A stretch of DNA of 31,198 bases, from the NCBI GenBank assembly GCA_013003675.1, contig JABDIP010000452.1, positions 1 through 31,198 on the forward strand. Reading direction: 5' to 3'. This DNA is from Inquilinus sp. (lineage in GTDB: Bacteria; Pseudomonadota; Alphaproteobacteria; DSM-16000; Inquilinaceae). Positions 1 through 8,096 of the stretch are shown piece after piece; positions within the stretch are counted from its first letter, which is position 1, and every line of letters begins with the position of its first letter. Below the pieces are notes generated by a model. The model worked only from the letters and a program-made list of their open reading frames with translations. It searched no databases and was not told the origin of the DNA. Both the position numbers and the translations under genes were made by a program.

Positions 1-526
1 CGCCGGCGGCGGCGGTTCGCGCGGCCGGCGACGGCTCGCCGTCGTCGTGACGGGCCCGGCTCGGCGCCGTGGTCGGTGGCGCCTCGAGATAACGGCGGAT
101 GGCTTCGAGTGCCGCCGTGTCATCGGCTGCCCGCAGCAGCCAGCCATAGGCGCGGCCCAGAATACCCAGCGCATGGGCGGCGAGGTTGATACCGCACAGC
201 GAGTTGAGCCGCAGCCGGCCGCCGCTGCGCGACTCCGGGAACGCCCATAGGACGATCGGCGCGTCGACCGCCCGCGCGGCGGCCTCGGCCATGCCGGCAT
301 CCGTGAAGGTGACCTGCAGCACCAGCAACAGGTCGAGACGCTCGCCGGCGAGGACGGACAGGGCGCTCTCCGTCGCCGCGGGGTCGAACAGCAGATCCCG
401 CGCCCCGACGATCTCGGCATCGAGCCGGTCGAGGGTGGCGAAGGCGGCCTCGGCCGTCGCCTCGGCGAACGGCACGTCGAAGGTCGGTCGGGCGAGCGGC
501 AGGACGCCGATGCGCGGCCGGGCCAT
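1..526 (-). CDS. L-fucose/L-arabinose isomerase-family protein, N-terminal part (runs off the window edge); probable SqvD/SftI-type sulfoquinovose isomerase
   Basis: Not in the ORF track. Hand translation from ATG at 526, 3 nt after the aldolase stop, gives MARPRIGVLPLARPTFDVPFAE...LLLVLQVTFTDAG...PIVLWAFPESRSGGRLRLNSLCGINLAAHAL, open to position 1. The RPTFD and GGRLRLNSLxG segments match my recollection of this isomerase family; the neighbours are sulfoglycolysis genes. Confidence 0.7.
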   Translation of the reverse strand, partial: MARPRIGVLPLARPTFDVPFAEATAEAAFATLDRLDAEIVGARDLLFDPAATESALSVLAGERLDLLLVLQVTFTDAGMAEAAARAVDAPIVLWAFPESRSGGRLRLNSLCGINLAAHALGILGRAYGWLLRAADDTAALEAIRRYLEAPPTTAPSRARHDDGEPSPAARTAAAG

Positions 527-529
527 CGA

Positions 530-1570
530 TCAGCCGATCCCGCCATAGGTGGAGTTGAACCCGGGGCCGGCGTCGGCGAGTTCGACGCCGTCCGGGAAGC
601 AGGGGTGGTCGTGCCAGGGGGTCGCCGCCGCATAAGTCAGCGCATTCAACTCGCGCATATAGGGTACGGCGTTCTCCATCAGGGCGCGGTTCATCCGATC
701 CATGTCGGGGAAGTGCTGGCCCGCCTGCCACCAGATCGCGCGACCGGCGAGAAAACCGCTGGCGCCGGCACGGTAGGCGTATGTCAGGATGTGGCGGAAG
801 ACATCCTGGCCAGCGCCGGCCGACAGCATCACCCAGGGCCTTGGGCATGCCTTGCCGAGCGCGTCGAACCAGGCCTGAATCTCATCCGATCCCTCGGCCC
901 CAGGTTTGACCAGATTGTCGGCGGCGACCGGGCTTTCCAGCTTGTAGATATCGACGCCGTATTTCGGATCGGCGAAATCCTTCATGCTGTCGATCACCAG
1001 CTGCGGGCGCTTCGCCGCGTGCTCGATATAGTCCTGGGTCTGTCCCGACTCGCCGGGCAGCGGGTAGACCAGCAGTTCGAGCAGGAAGCAGATGTCATGG
1101 GCACGGCAGGCCTGGCCGACCGACTCCACGAAGCGTTGCTGGTGCTCGACGATCTCCGGTGCGGCGTCCGGACGGTACCACGCCAGAAGCTTCACACCGT
1201 CGGCGCCGAGCCGGCGGATCTTCTCGACGCTCCAATCGGCGATGGCGTGGGTGCGACGCCCGCCGGCGACCTCCTCGAATTGGGAGTCCTCCAGCGTGAG
1301 CAGCAATCCCTGGCTCGGCCGGACATGCCCCACCGCCGCCGGATAGGCGTAGTAGGGGTCGAGCAGCACGGCCGAACTCATCGGCGCCAGGGCGCCGACC
1401 AGCGCCGCCTTGAAGTCGCAGATTTCGGCGAAGTCGGCCTCGGCGACGCCGCGCTTCTCCTTGATCAGGTTGATGATCGGCGGGCGCTGGTCGACGGCGG
1501 TCATCTTGAACCGTCCGGTGTCGTCCGCCAGCCGACGAAAGCCCCACAGTTTACCTGCCGACATCGCCAT
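530..1570 (-). CDS. Class I tagatose-1,6-bisphosphate aldolase (LacD/YihT family); probable sulfofructose-1-phosphate aldolase
   Basis: Motifs AVDQR, SAVLLDP, GADGVKLL, YKLESP, PWVMLSAG and GASGFLAGRAIW. Start placed at 1570 (GGAGG upstream; TGATG overlap with the kinase stop) rather than 1645. Confidence 0.85.
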   Translation of the reverse strand: MAMSAGKLWGFRRLADDTGRFKMTAVDQRPPIINLIKEKRGVAEADFAEICDFKAALVGALAPMSSAVLLDPYYAYPAAVGHVRPSQGLLLTLEDSQFEEVAGGRRTHAIADWSVEKIRRLGADGVKLLAWYRPDAAPEIVEHQQRFVESVGQACRAHDICFLLELLVYPLPGESGQTQDYIEHAAKRPQLVIDSMKDFADPKYGVDIYKLESPVAADNLVKPGAEGSDEIQAWFDALGKACPRPWVMLSAGAGQDVFRHILTYAYRAGASGFLAGRAIWWQAGQHFPDMDRMNRALMENAVPYMRELNALTYAAATPWHDHPCFPDGVELADAGPGFNSTYGGIG

Positions 1571-2487
1571 CACGCAGCCTCCCGCAGCAAAGTGTCCACC
1601 TCGGCCCGGCTGGGGATTCCCGCGCGACCGCCGGGCCGGGTGCATTTCAGCGCCGCCGCCGCGCTGGCGAACCGCACCGCCGCCTCGATCGGCTGTCCCT
1701 CGGCCAGGGCGAGGGCAAGGGCGCCATGGAAGACGTCACCGGCACCGAGGGTGTCGCGGATTGCGACCGGGAAGGCCGGCAGGTGCGCAAGACGCTCGCC
1801 GTCCCGCCAATAGCAGCCATCGCCGCCGGCGGTCACCGCGACCCAGCCCTCGGTCATACGCGCGGCGCGCGCCAACCCTTCGGCCGGGTCGGCGCTGCCG
1901 GTCACCTGCTCCAGGCCGCCGCTCGAAAAGGCGGTGTGGCTGGCCAGGGGCAGCAGAGCGCGCGCCGCGTCGTCGGGCGTGGTGTCTGCGTCGAGGATCG
2001 CCGGCAGGCCGCGCTCCCGCGCCGCTTGCAGCACCGCGCGGGCGCCGTTCGGCCATCTTGCATCGACGAGCACCGCTTGCGCGGAATCCAGATCATGAAG
2101 TGGCAGGAAGCCGGTGTCCGGGTCGAGCGTCTTGTCGGCGAAGGCGATGATCATCCGCTCGCCCTTGGCGTCGACCATGACCGCCGATACCGACGAGCGG
2201 CCGTCCGGGATCCGCCGCGCCGCGGCGATGTCGACGCCCAATTCAGCCAGCTCGTCAAGGATTCGACAGCCCGTGGCGTCGCCGCCGACCCGGCCCCAGA
2301 ACCGGGCGCGTCCGCCCAGCCGGGCGACGGCAACTGCGGCGGTGGCCGCCGGCCCGCCGCCGACCTCGGTGAAACCATCGGCGAAATGCTTGCCGGCCCG
2401 CGCCGGCAGGGCGGCGGTGGCGAATATTTGGTCGAGCACGGCGATGCCGGCGCAGACGACCGCCGGGCCGGTGGCGCTCATCGCCAT
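1570..2487 (-). CDS. yihV: PfkB-family sugar kinase, sulfofructose kinase YihV-like
   Basis: EVGGGPAATAAVAVARLG, SAVMVDAKGERMII, DTLGAGDVFHGALA and AALKCTRPGGRAGIP closely follow E. coli YihV as I recall it. Confidence 0.85.
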   Translation of the reverse strand: MAMSATGPAVVCAGIAVLDQIFATAALPARAGKHFADGFTEVGGGPAATAAVAVARLGGRARFWGRVGGDATGCRILDELAELGVDIAAARRIPDGRSSVSAVMVDAKGERMIIAFADKTLDPDTGFLPLHDLDSAQAVLVDARWPNGARAVLQAARERGLPAILDADTTPDDAARALLPLASHTAFSSGGLEQVTGSADPAEGLARAARMTEGWVAVTAGGDGCYWRDGERLAHLPAFPVAIRDTLGAGDVFHGALALALAEGQPIEAAVRFASAAAALKCTRPGGRAGIPSRAEVDTLLREAA

Positions 2488-2580
2488 CGCCGATCGGCCG
2501 AACCGGCATATCGCGGCCGTTGCGCCATTCGTATCTCCCCCGACCCGGCTTCACGTGGCGCGGGTCCGTATTCGGCGCCA

Positions 2581-2623
2581 ACACTACCTAGCGGCCGGTT
2601 TGTCCGTCAACTCATCTATAAGA
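2581..2623 (-). promoter_or_regulatory. Putative sigma70 promoter (TTGACG-N18-TAGTGT) with adjacent operator-like TCTTATAGATGA, upstream of the kinase-aldolase-isomerase genes
   Basis: The -35 is at 2610-2605 and the -10 at 2586-2581. Positions 2612-2623 match the 3407-3418 palindrome at 10 of 12 positions. Confidence 0.5.
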
Positions 2624-2642
2624 CCTAAGAGTTAGAAGATCT

Positions 2643-3377
2643 CTAGGTCAGTTCACTCAGATAGGCCAGCTTGTCGGTCAGGCAGCGGCTGACGCGCCAT
2701 TCCACCGGGCGATGCTCGATGTCACGGGCGATGCGGTCGATCTCCAGCAACGGCGTGCCGGGCGCGACGGCAAGCTGGGCCGCTTCCTCCGGTTCAGCGG
2801 CCACGGCACGCAGCCGCTCGACGGCGTGCCCGACGGTGACACCGTACCGCCGCTGGTACAAGTCGTAGAGGGTGTTGGGCAGCGGCTCACCGCCCGGACT
2901 ATCGAGATCCGGGAACAGGGCCTGCGGGACAACGATACGCTCGACGATGATCGGATCGCCGTCGATCGACCGGCGGCGATCGATGCGCAAGACCACGGCG
3001 CCGGCCCGCAAACCCAGCGCCGCCGCCTCGGCCGCTCCGGCGATTCCCTTGCGGCAGTCCAACAGTTCGCTTTCCGGCAACTGCCGGTCGCCGTCCGCAT
3101 CGACCAGATGAAAGAAATGGAACAGCGCGGTGTCCGGCGAGTGGGCGGCAACGAAGGTGCCGCGTCCCTGCCGGCGCACGACGAGGTGCTGCGCCGCCAA
3201 ATCGTCCAGGGCCTTCCGCACCGTTCCCTGGCTGACGCCGAGTTCGGCGGCGAGGCGGCCCTCGCTGGGCAGCGCCTCGTCGGGTCGCCAGGTGCCGTCC
3301 GAGATGCGCCGCCGCAGCAGCTCGATCACCTGCTGGTAGAGCGGCCGATAGCCGGGCATCTGCTGTATCGGGTCCAT
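2643..3377 (-). CDS. GntR-family (HutC/UTRA) transcriptional regulator, SuyR-like position
   Basis: N-terminal wHTH (LPSEGRLAAELGVSQGTVRKAL...RRQGRGTFV) followed by a UTRA domain (NTLYDLY...ERLRAV); divergent from suyAB. Confidence 0.92.
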   Translation of the reverse strand: MDPIQQMPGYRPLYQQVIELLRRRISDGTWRPDEALPSEGRLAAELGVSQGTVRKALDDLAAQHLVVRRQGRGTFVAAHSPDTALFHFFHLVDADGDRQLPESELLDCRKGIAGAAEAAALGLRAGAVVLRIDRRRSIDGDPIIVERIVVPQALFPDLDSPGGEPLPNTLYDLYQRRYGVTVGHAVERLRAVAAEPEEAAQLAVAPGTPLLEIDRIARDIEHRPVEWRVSRCLTDKLAYLSELT

Positions 3378-3406
3378 GGAGCGGTCTCTTCAGCCAGCGT
3401 GAGGAC

Positions 3407-3418
3407 TCTTATATAAGA
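3407..3418. promoter_or_regulatory. Perfect 12-bp palindrome TCTTATATAAGA, candidate operator of the GntR regulator
   Basis: Self-complementary AT-rich element in GC-rich DNA, between the divergent gntR and suyA genes. Confidence 0.6.
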
Positions 3419-3429
3419 TATCGGACTGC

Positions 3430-3459
3430 TTGACAGCCCCTCTTCGATCGCCCTAGCTT
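3430..3459 (+). promoter_or_regulatory. Putative sigma70 promoter of suyAB (TTGACA-N18-TAGCTT)
   Basis: Consensus TTGACA at 3430-3435 and a TANNNT hexamer at 3454-3459, about 55 nt upstream of suyA. Confidence 0.55.
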
Positions 3460-3515
3460 CGGCGGTCCGGCGGCGGCCGGGTCGAATTGGGAAGCGCGAG
3501 CGGGGGATCGAGGCG

Positions 3516-3800
3516 ATGCAGCCGCATTTTCTGGTGCATGACAATGGCGACAATGTTGGCGTCGCGGTGGTCGAGGGGATCGCCGCCGGGGCCGAACTGT
3601 CGGGTTGGGTGATGGATACCGACGAGACGATCACCTTGAAGGCGAAGGACGCCATCCCGCTCGGTCACAAGATCGCGCTGAAGGCGCTCCCGGAGGGTGA
3701 GACGGTGGTCAAGTACGGTCACGACGTCGGCCGGGTCGTGGCCGGCGTCGAGCCGGGCGGACACGTCCATGTTCAGAACGTCAAGACGAAGCGCTGGTAA
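3516..3800 (+). CDS. suyA: (R)-sulfolactate sulfo-lyase small subunit (SAF domain, UxaA family)
   Basis: 94 aa with [21 protein letters not shown] and a C-terminal [10 protein letters not shown]; lies directly before the SuyB-like gene. Confidence 0.85.
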   Translation: MQPHFLVHDNGDNVGVAVVEGIAAGAELSGWVMDTDETITLKAKDAIPLGHKIALKALPEGETVVKYGHDVGRVVAGVEPGGHVHVQNVKTKRW

Positions 3801-3814
3801 GGGGGACAACGGAC

Positions 3815-4984
3815 ATGGCCGCGGAACGGATCTTCATGGGCTATCGGCGCGAAAACGATCGCGTCGGCATCCGCAACCACGTCGTCGTCCTGCCGGTCGA
3901 CGATATCTCCAACGCCGCCTGCGAGGCGGTGGCGAACAATATCAAGGGCGTGCAGGCGCTGCCGCACTCCTATGGAAGGCTGCAGTTCGGCGCCGATCTG
4001 GAGCTGACTTTCAGGACGCTGATCGGGACCGGCTGCAATCCGAACGTCGCCGCCGTCATCGTCATCGGCATCGAGCCCGGCTGGACCAAGCGTATCGTCG
4101 ACGGCATCGCCGCCACCGGCAAACCGGTCGAAGGCTTCGCCATCGAGGAGCATGGCGACATCGATACCGTGGCCCGCGCCTCGCGCAAGGCCAAGGAATT
4201 CGTGCAATGGGCGACCGAGAAGCAGCGCGAGGAGGCGAGCCTCGACGAGTTGCACATCGCGACGAAATGCGGCGAATCCGACACCACGTCGGGCCTGGGT
4301 TCCTGTCCGACGGTGGGCAATCTGATCGACAAGGTCGACGTCGCCGGGGCAACGACCTGCTTCGGCGAGACGTCGGAATTGACCGGGGCGGAGATGATCT
4401 GCGCCGACCGGGCGGCAACGCCCGAGGCGCGCGAGAAGTTCGTGCGGACCTGGAATGCCTATAACGACTTCATCAACGAGAACAAGACCGACGACTTGTC
4501 GGAGAGCCAGCCGACCAAGGGCAACATCGCCGGCGGTCTGACCACGATCGAGGAAAAGGCGTTCGGCAACCTTCAGAAGATCGGCAAGGTCGCCCGCTAT
4601 ATCGATGTGTTGGAACCGGCGGAGACTCCGGCCAAGGGTGCCGGCCTCTATTTCATGGACACGTCGTCGGCGGCGGCTGAGTGCAACACGCTGCAGGCGG
4701 CGGCCGGGTTCGTCGTCCATCTGTTCCCGACCGGCCAGGGCAACATCATCGGCAACCCGATCATGCCGGTGATCAAGCTGACCGCCAATCCGAAGACGGC
4801 GCGCACGATGGCCGAGCATATCGACCTCGACGTGTCCGGGCTGCTGCGTCGGGAAATGAACCTGGATGAGGCCGGCGACCGGCTGATCGACATCACACTG
4901 CGGACCTGCAACGGCCGGATGACGGCGGCGGAGGCCCTGGGCCACCGCGAATTCGTCATCACCAAGCTGTACCGCAGCGCCTAG
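3815..4984 (+). CDS. suyB: (R)-sulfolactate sulfo-lyase large subunit (UxaA/GarD family)
   Basis: [62 protein letters not shown] and the C-terminal [14 protein letters not shown] are characteristic of SuyB as I recall it. Confidence 0.88.
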   Translation: MAAERIFMGYRRENDRVGIRNHVVVLPVDDISNAACEAVANNIKGVQALPHSYGRLQFGADLELTFRTLIGTGCNPNVAAVIVIGIEPGWTKRIVDGIAATGKPVEGFAIEEHGDIDTVARASRKAKEFVQWATEKQREEASLDELHIATKCGESDTTSGLGSCPTVGNLIDKVDVAGATTCFGETSELTGAEMICADRAATPEAREKFVRTWNAYNDFINENKTDDLSESQPTKGNIAGGLTTIEEKAFGNLQKIGKVARYIDVLEPAETPAKGAGLYFMDTSSAAAECNTLQAAAGFVVHLFPTGQGNIIGNPIMPVIKLTANPKTARTMAEHIDLDVSGLLRREMNLDEAGDRLIDITLRTCNGRMTAAEALGHREFVITKLYRSA

Positions 4985-5013
4985 TCGGCTGGAACCAAGG
5001 CCGGACGGAGTCG

Positions 5014-5042
5014 CTTTGCGCCGGCTTGCCGTCCGCTATACT
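5014..5042 (+). promoter_or_regulatory. Possible internal promoter for the TTT genes (-10 TATACT at 5037-5042)
   Basis: Strong -10 hexamer with a weak upstream CTTTGC, inside the 122-nt gap between suyB and tctC. Confidence 0.3.
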
Positions 5043-5106
5043 CGGTGGCGAAGAAAGAGCCGGGCCCCTGGAGGCCCAGCCTCAATCAAGATCGGGAGGT
5101 ATCGCC

Positions 5107-6063
5107 ATGAGAATTCTTCGGACGCTGTTGACCGCCGTCGCCGCTGTCGCGGTGATCGGAGCCCCCGTCGCCCAGGCCGAGTTTCCGGAAAAACCGATGA
5201 ATTTCATCGTCGCCTTCAACCCGGGCGGCGAGACCGACGTGACGGCGCGGCTGCAGCAACCCTACTACGAGAAAGTTGCCGGCCAGCCGCTGGTGATCCA
5301 GTACAAGCCCGGCGCCGGCGGTGCCCAGGCCTGGGCCGGTCTGAACGAGCTACCGGGCGACGGCTACACGATGGTCGGCACCAATCTGCCGCACATCATC
5401 CTGCAACCGATGGAGAAGGACGTCGGGTACGAGACCGCCGATATCACCAACGTCTACATGTTCCACTACACGCCGGATGCCGTGCTGGTGCCGCAGGACA
5501 GCCCGTTCCAGACACTGGCCGACCTAGTCGCCTACGCGAAGTCGACGCCCGGCGCGGTCACCTTGTCCGGCTCCGGCACCAATACGGCCAACCATCTGGC
5601 GCAGCGGCGGTTCAGCGAGATGGCCGGGATCACCACCACCTATGTGCCGTTCGGCGGCACCGGGCCGTCGGTGACCGCGGTGCTCGGCAACCAGGTGAGT
5701 GGCGCGATGGGCTATTCCACGGTCGGTGTCGCCCAGGAAGGCCAGCTTCGCATGCTGGCGGTCGCCACCGATCAGCGGCTGCCCCGCTTCCCCGACGTGC
5801 CGACCTTCAAGGAATTGGGCTACGACCTTGTTTCGGGCGCCTATCGCGGCATCGCGGTGCCGAAATCGACATCGGAGGAAGTTCGCCACCAGGTCTCCGA
5901 CATCATCGGCCGGATCAATGCCGATCCCGATTTCATCCAACAGATGGAGGATGGCGGCTTCGTCGTGATCGACGTGCCCTATGACGAGGTGCCGGCATTC
6001 ATGGCGGCGAAACAGAGCGAGTATGGCGAACTGGCCGACGCCATGGGCATCCGCAAGCGCTAG
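5107..6063 (+). CDS. tctC: Tripartite tricarboxylate transporter substrate-binding protein (Bug/TctC); probable sulfolactate binding
   Basis: Signal peptide, FNPGGETDVTAR, KPGAGGA and VPFGGTGPSVTAVLG. GGGAGG precedes the ATG at 5107, so this start is preferred over the TTG at 5026. Confidence 0.9.
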   Translation: MRILRTLLTAVAAVAVIGAPVAQAEFPEKPMNFIVAFNPGGETDVTARLQQPYYEKVAGQPLVIQYKPGAGGAQAWAGLNELPGDGYTMVGTNLPHIILQPMEKDVGYETADITNVYMFHYTPDAVLVPQDSPFQTLADLVAYAKSTPGAVTLSGSGTNTANHLAQRRFSEMAGITTTYVPFGGTGPSVTAVLGNQVSGAMGYSTVGVAQEGQLRMLAVATDQRLPRFPDVPTFKELGYDLVSGAYRGIAVPKSTSEEVRHQVSDIIGRINADPDFIQQMEDGGFVVIDVPYDEVPAFMAAKQSEYGELADAMGIRKR

Positions 6064-6099
6064 GCGGCCCTGGCCACCGCCGGCCCGGCCGCAACCGGC

Positions 6100-7602
6100 A
6101 TGCTGGACTTCCTCGCGCAGGCGCTGACGCCGTTCAACCTGACGCTGGCCTTGGTCGGTGTCGTGTTGGGGACGGTGATCGGCGCCCTGCCGGGGTTGTC
6201 GGCGACCATGGCGGTGGCGGTGCTGGTGCCGTTCACCTTCGCGATGGACCCGGCCTCGGGGCTGATCGCGCTCGGCGCCATCTATACCGGCGCCATCTAT
6301 GGCGGCGCCTTCGCCGCCATCCTGGTCAACACGCCGGGGACGCCGTCGGCAATCGCCACAACCTTCGACGGCTATCCGATGGCCCGGCGCGGCGATGGCA
6401 GTTTGGCAGTGACCCTGGCTACCCTGTCCTCGGTCACCGGCGGGCTGGTCGGCGCCGTCTTCCTGTTGCTGCTGGCGCCGCCGCTGGCCAAGGTGGCGCT
6501 GGCCTTCGGGCCGCCGGAGTATTTCTGGCTGGCGGTGTTCGGGCTGACGCTGATCTCCGCCCTGTCCACCGGCAATATGCTGAAGGGGCTGATCGGCGCC
6601 TGTTTCGGCCTGTTGTTGTCGATGGTCGGGGTGGCGGTGGTCGGCGGCGACATCCGCTTCACCCTCGAGAGCCAGACGCTGCTCGGCGGCATCAACGTGA
6701 TCGCGGCGCTGATCGGGCTCTATTGCATCCCGGTGCTGATCGATCTGGTCGCCACTCCCGATCCGCATCTGAAGGTCGCCGCGGGAGCCGGCGGTTTCCG
6801 CTTGGCCGAGGCGGCGCGGCTGGCGTGGCGCAGCAAGGTGAACCTGCTACGCAGTTCGGTCATTGGCACGCTGGTCGGCATCCTGCCCGGGGCCGGCGGT
6901 TCGATCGCCGCGCTGGTCTCTTATTCCGAGGCGCGGCGTTCGTCAAAGCGGCCGGAGCGGTTCGGCCAGGGCGAGCCGGACGGCATCATGGCCACTGAAA
7001 GCGCCAACAACGCCACGGTCGGCGGCGGCTTCATCCCGACCCTGGTGCTCGGCATCCCCGGCACACCGCCCGACGCGGTGATCCTCGGGGCCTTGCTGGT
7101 GCAGGGTATCCGCACCGGCCCGACCCTGTTCGTGCAACAGGGATCGATCGTCTACACCTTCATCTTCGGGCTGCTGATCGCCACCGTGCTGATGCTGCCG
7201 ACCGGCCTGGTGCTCGGCCGCTACGCCTATCAGTCGATCGTCTCGATCCCCAAGGCGGTGCTGGTGCCGACGGTGGCGTTCATGACCGTCATCGGCTCCT
7301 ACGCCATCCAGAACAGCCCCTCCGACGTGGTCATCATGTGGGCGCTGGGCGTGATGGGCTGGGGGTTGAACCGCTTCGGCTTCTCGCCGTCGCCGATCGT
7401 GCTCGGCCTCATCCTCGGGCAGATCGCCGAGCAGGGGTTCGTGCAGGCTTATCTGATCGGCAACGCGACGGGCAACGTGGCGGGCATGTATTTCGGCCGG
7501 CCGATCAGCCTGGCGATCCTGGCCCTGGCCCTGCTGACGCTGTTCTATCCCTGGCTTTCGGATCGCTGGCGCAGGCGCCGGCGGGGGACTCCGGATGACT
7601 GA
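6100..7602 (+). CDS. tctA: Tripartite tricarboxylate transporter large permease
   Basis: Hydrophobic 500 aa with GALPGLSATM, NTPGTPSAIATTFDGYPM and LGIPGTPPDAVILGAL. Confidence 0.92.
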   Translation: MLDFLAQALTPFNLTLALVGVVLGTVIGALPGLSATMAVAVLVPFTFAMDPASGLIALGAIYTGAIYGGAFAAILVNTPGTPSAIATTFDGYPMARRGDGSLAVTLATLSSVTGGLVGAVFLLLLAPPLAKVALAFGPPEYFWLAVFGLTLISALSTGNMLKGLIGACFGLLLSMVGVAVVGGDIRFTLESQTLLGGINVIAALIGLYCIPVLIDLVATPDPHLKVAAGAGGFRLAEAARLAWRSKVNLLRSSVIGTLVGILPGAGGSIAALVSYSEARRSSKRPERFGQGEPDGIMATESANNATVGGGFIPTLVLGIPGTPPDAVILGALLVQGIRTGPTLFVQQGSIVYTFIFGLLIATVLMLPTGLVLGRYAYQSIVSIPKAVLVPTVAFMTVIGSYAIQNSPSDVVIMWALGVMGWGLNRFGFSPSPIVLGLILGQIAEQGFVQAYLIGNATGNVAGMYFGRPISLAILALALLTLFYPWLSDRWRRRRRGTPDD

Positions 7603-8083
7603 CGGCATCGAGGGCGGCGGCCCGAAATACCGCGACTACCCGTCGATCGGCCTTGCCGTTCTGTTCGCTCTGCTCGGTGTCTGGGTGCTGTTCGAGACAA
7701 CGGCGATGACGGCGTTCGGCTCGATCTTCCCGCGCGCCATCGCGATCGCCATGATCGTCCTGTCGATGGCGCTGGTGGTCCAGCAGCTCCGGCGCCCGAG
7801 GCGGCCGGGCCCGGGCCGGCCGTCGTCAGGGCCTGAGTCGACGCCGCGGCGGGTGGCATTGGCGGCAGTCATGGCGGCCTGGGCATTGTCGATGCCGGTG
7901 GTCGGCTTTTTCGTGACCAGCCTGCTGGCGTTCCTGGTGCTCTTGGCGGTCGCCAATTATGACGGCTGGACGCCGCGCCGTATGCTCCTCTATGGCGCAT
8001 CCGGGGTCGTGGTAGTCGCTGGCTTCTATCTGCTGTTCGTCAAGGCGCTGCTGGTGCCGGTTCCGAGCGGTTGGCTGTTCTGA
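7595..8083 (+). CDS. tctB: Tripartite tricarboxylate transporter small permease
   Basis: 162 aa with about four hydrophobic segments, FPRAI, and C-terminal LLVPVPSG; overlaps the tctA stop. Confidence 0.85.
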   Translation: MTDGIEGGGPKYRDYPSIGLAVLFALLGVWVLFETTAMTAFGSIFPRAIAIAMIVLSMALVVQQLRRPRRPGPGRPSSGPESTPRRVALAAVMAAWALSMPVVGFFVTSLLAFLVLLAVANYDGWTPRRMLLYGASGVVVVAGFYLLFVKALLVPVPSGWLF

Positions 8084-8096
8084 GGAATTTCCCGGC

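Noticed and set aside
2622-2649. Imperfect inverted repeat GACCTA...TAGGTC at the gntR stop
   Set aside because: Weak stem with a long loop and no U-tract; not supportable as a terminator.
3516-4984. Altronate/galactarate dehydratase (uxaA/garD) interpretation
   Set aside because: The split two-subunit form, SuyB-type termini and slcC/comC neighbours favour sulfolactate sulfo-lyase.
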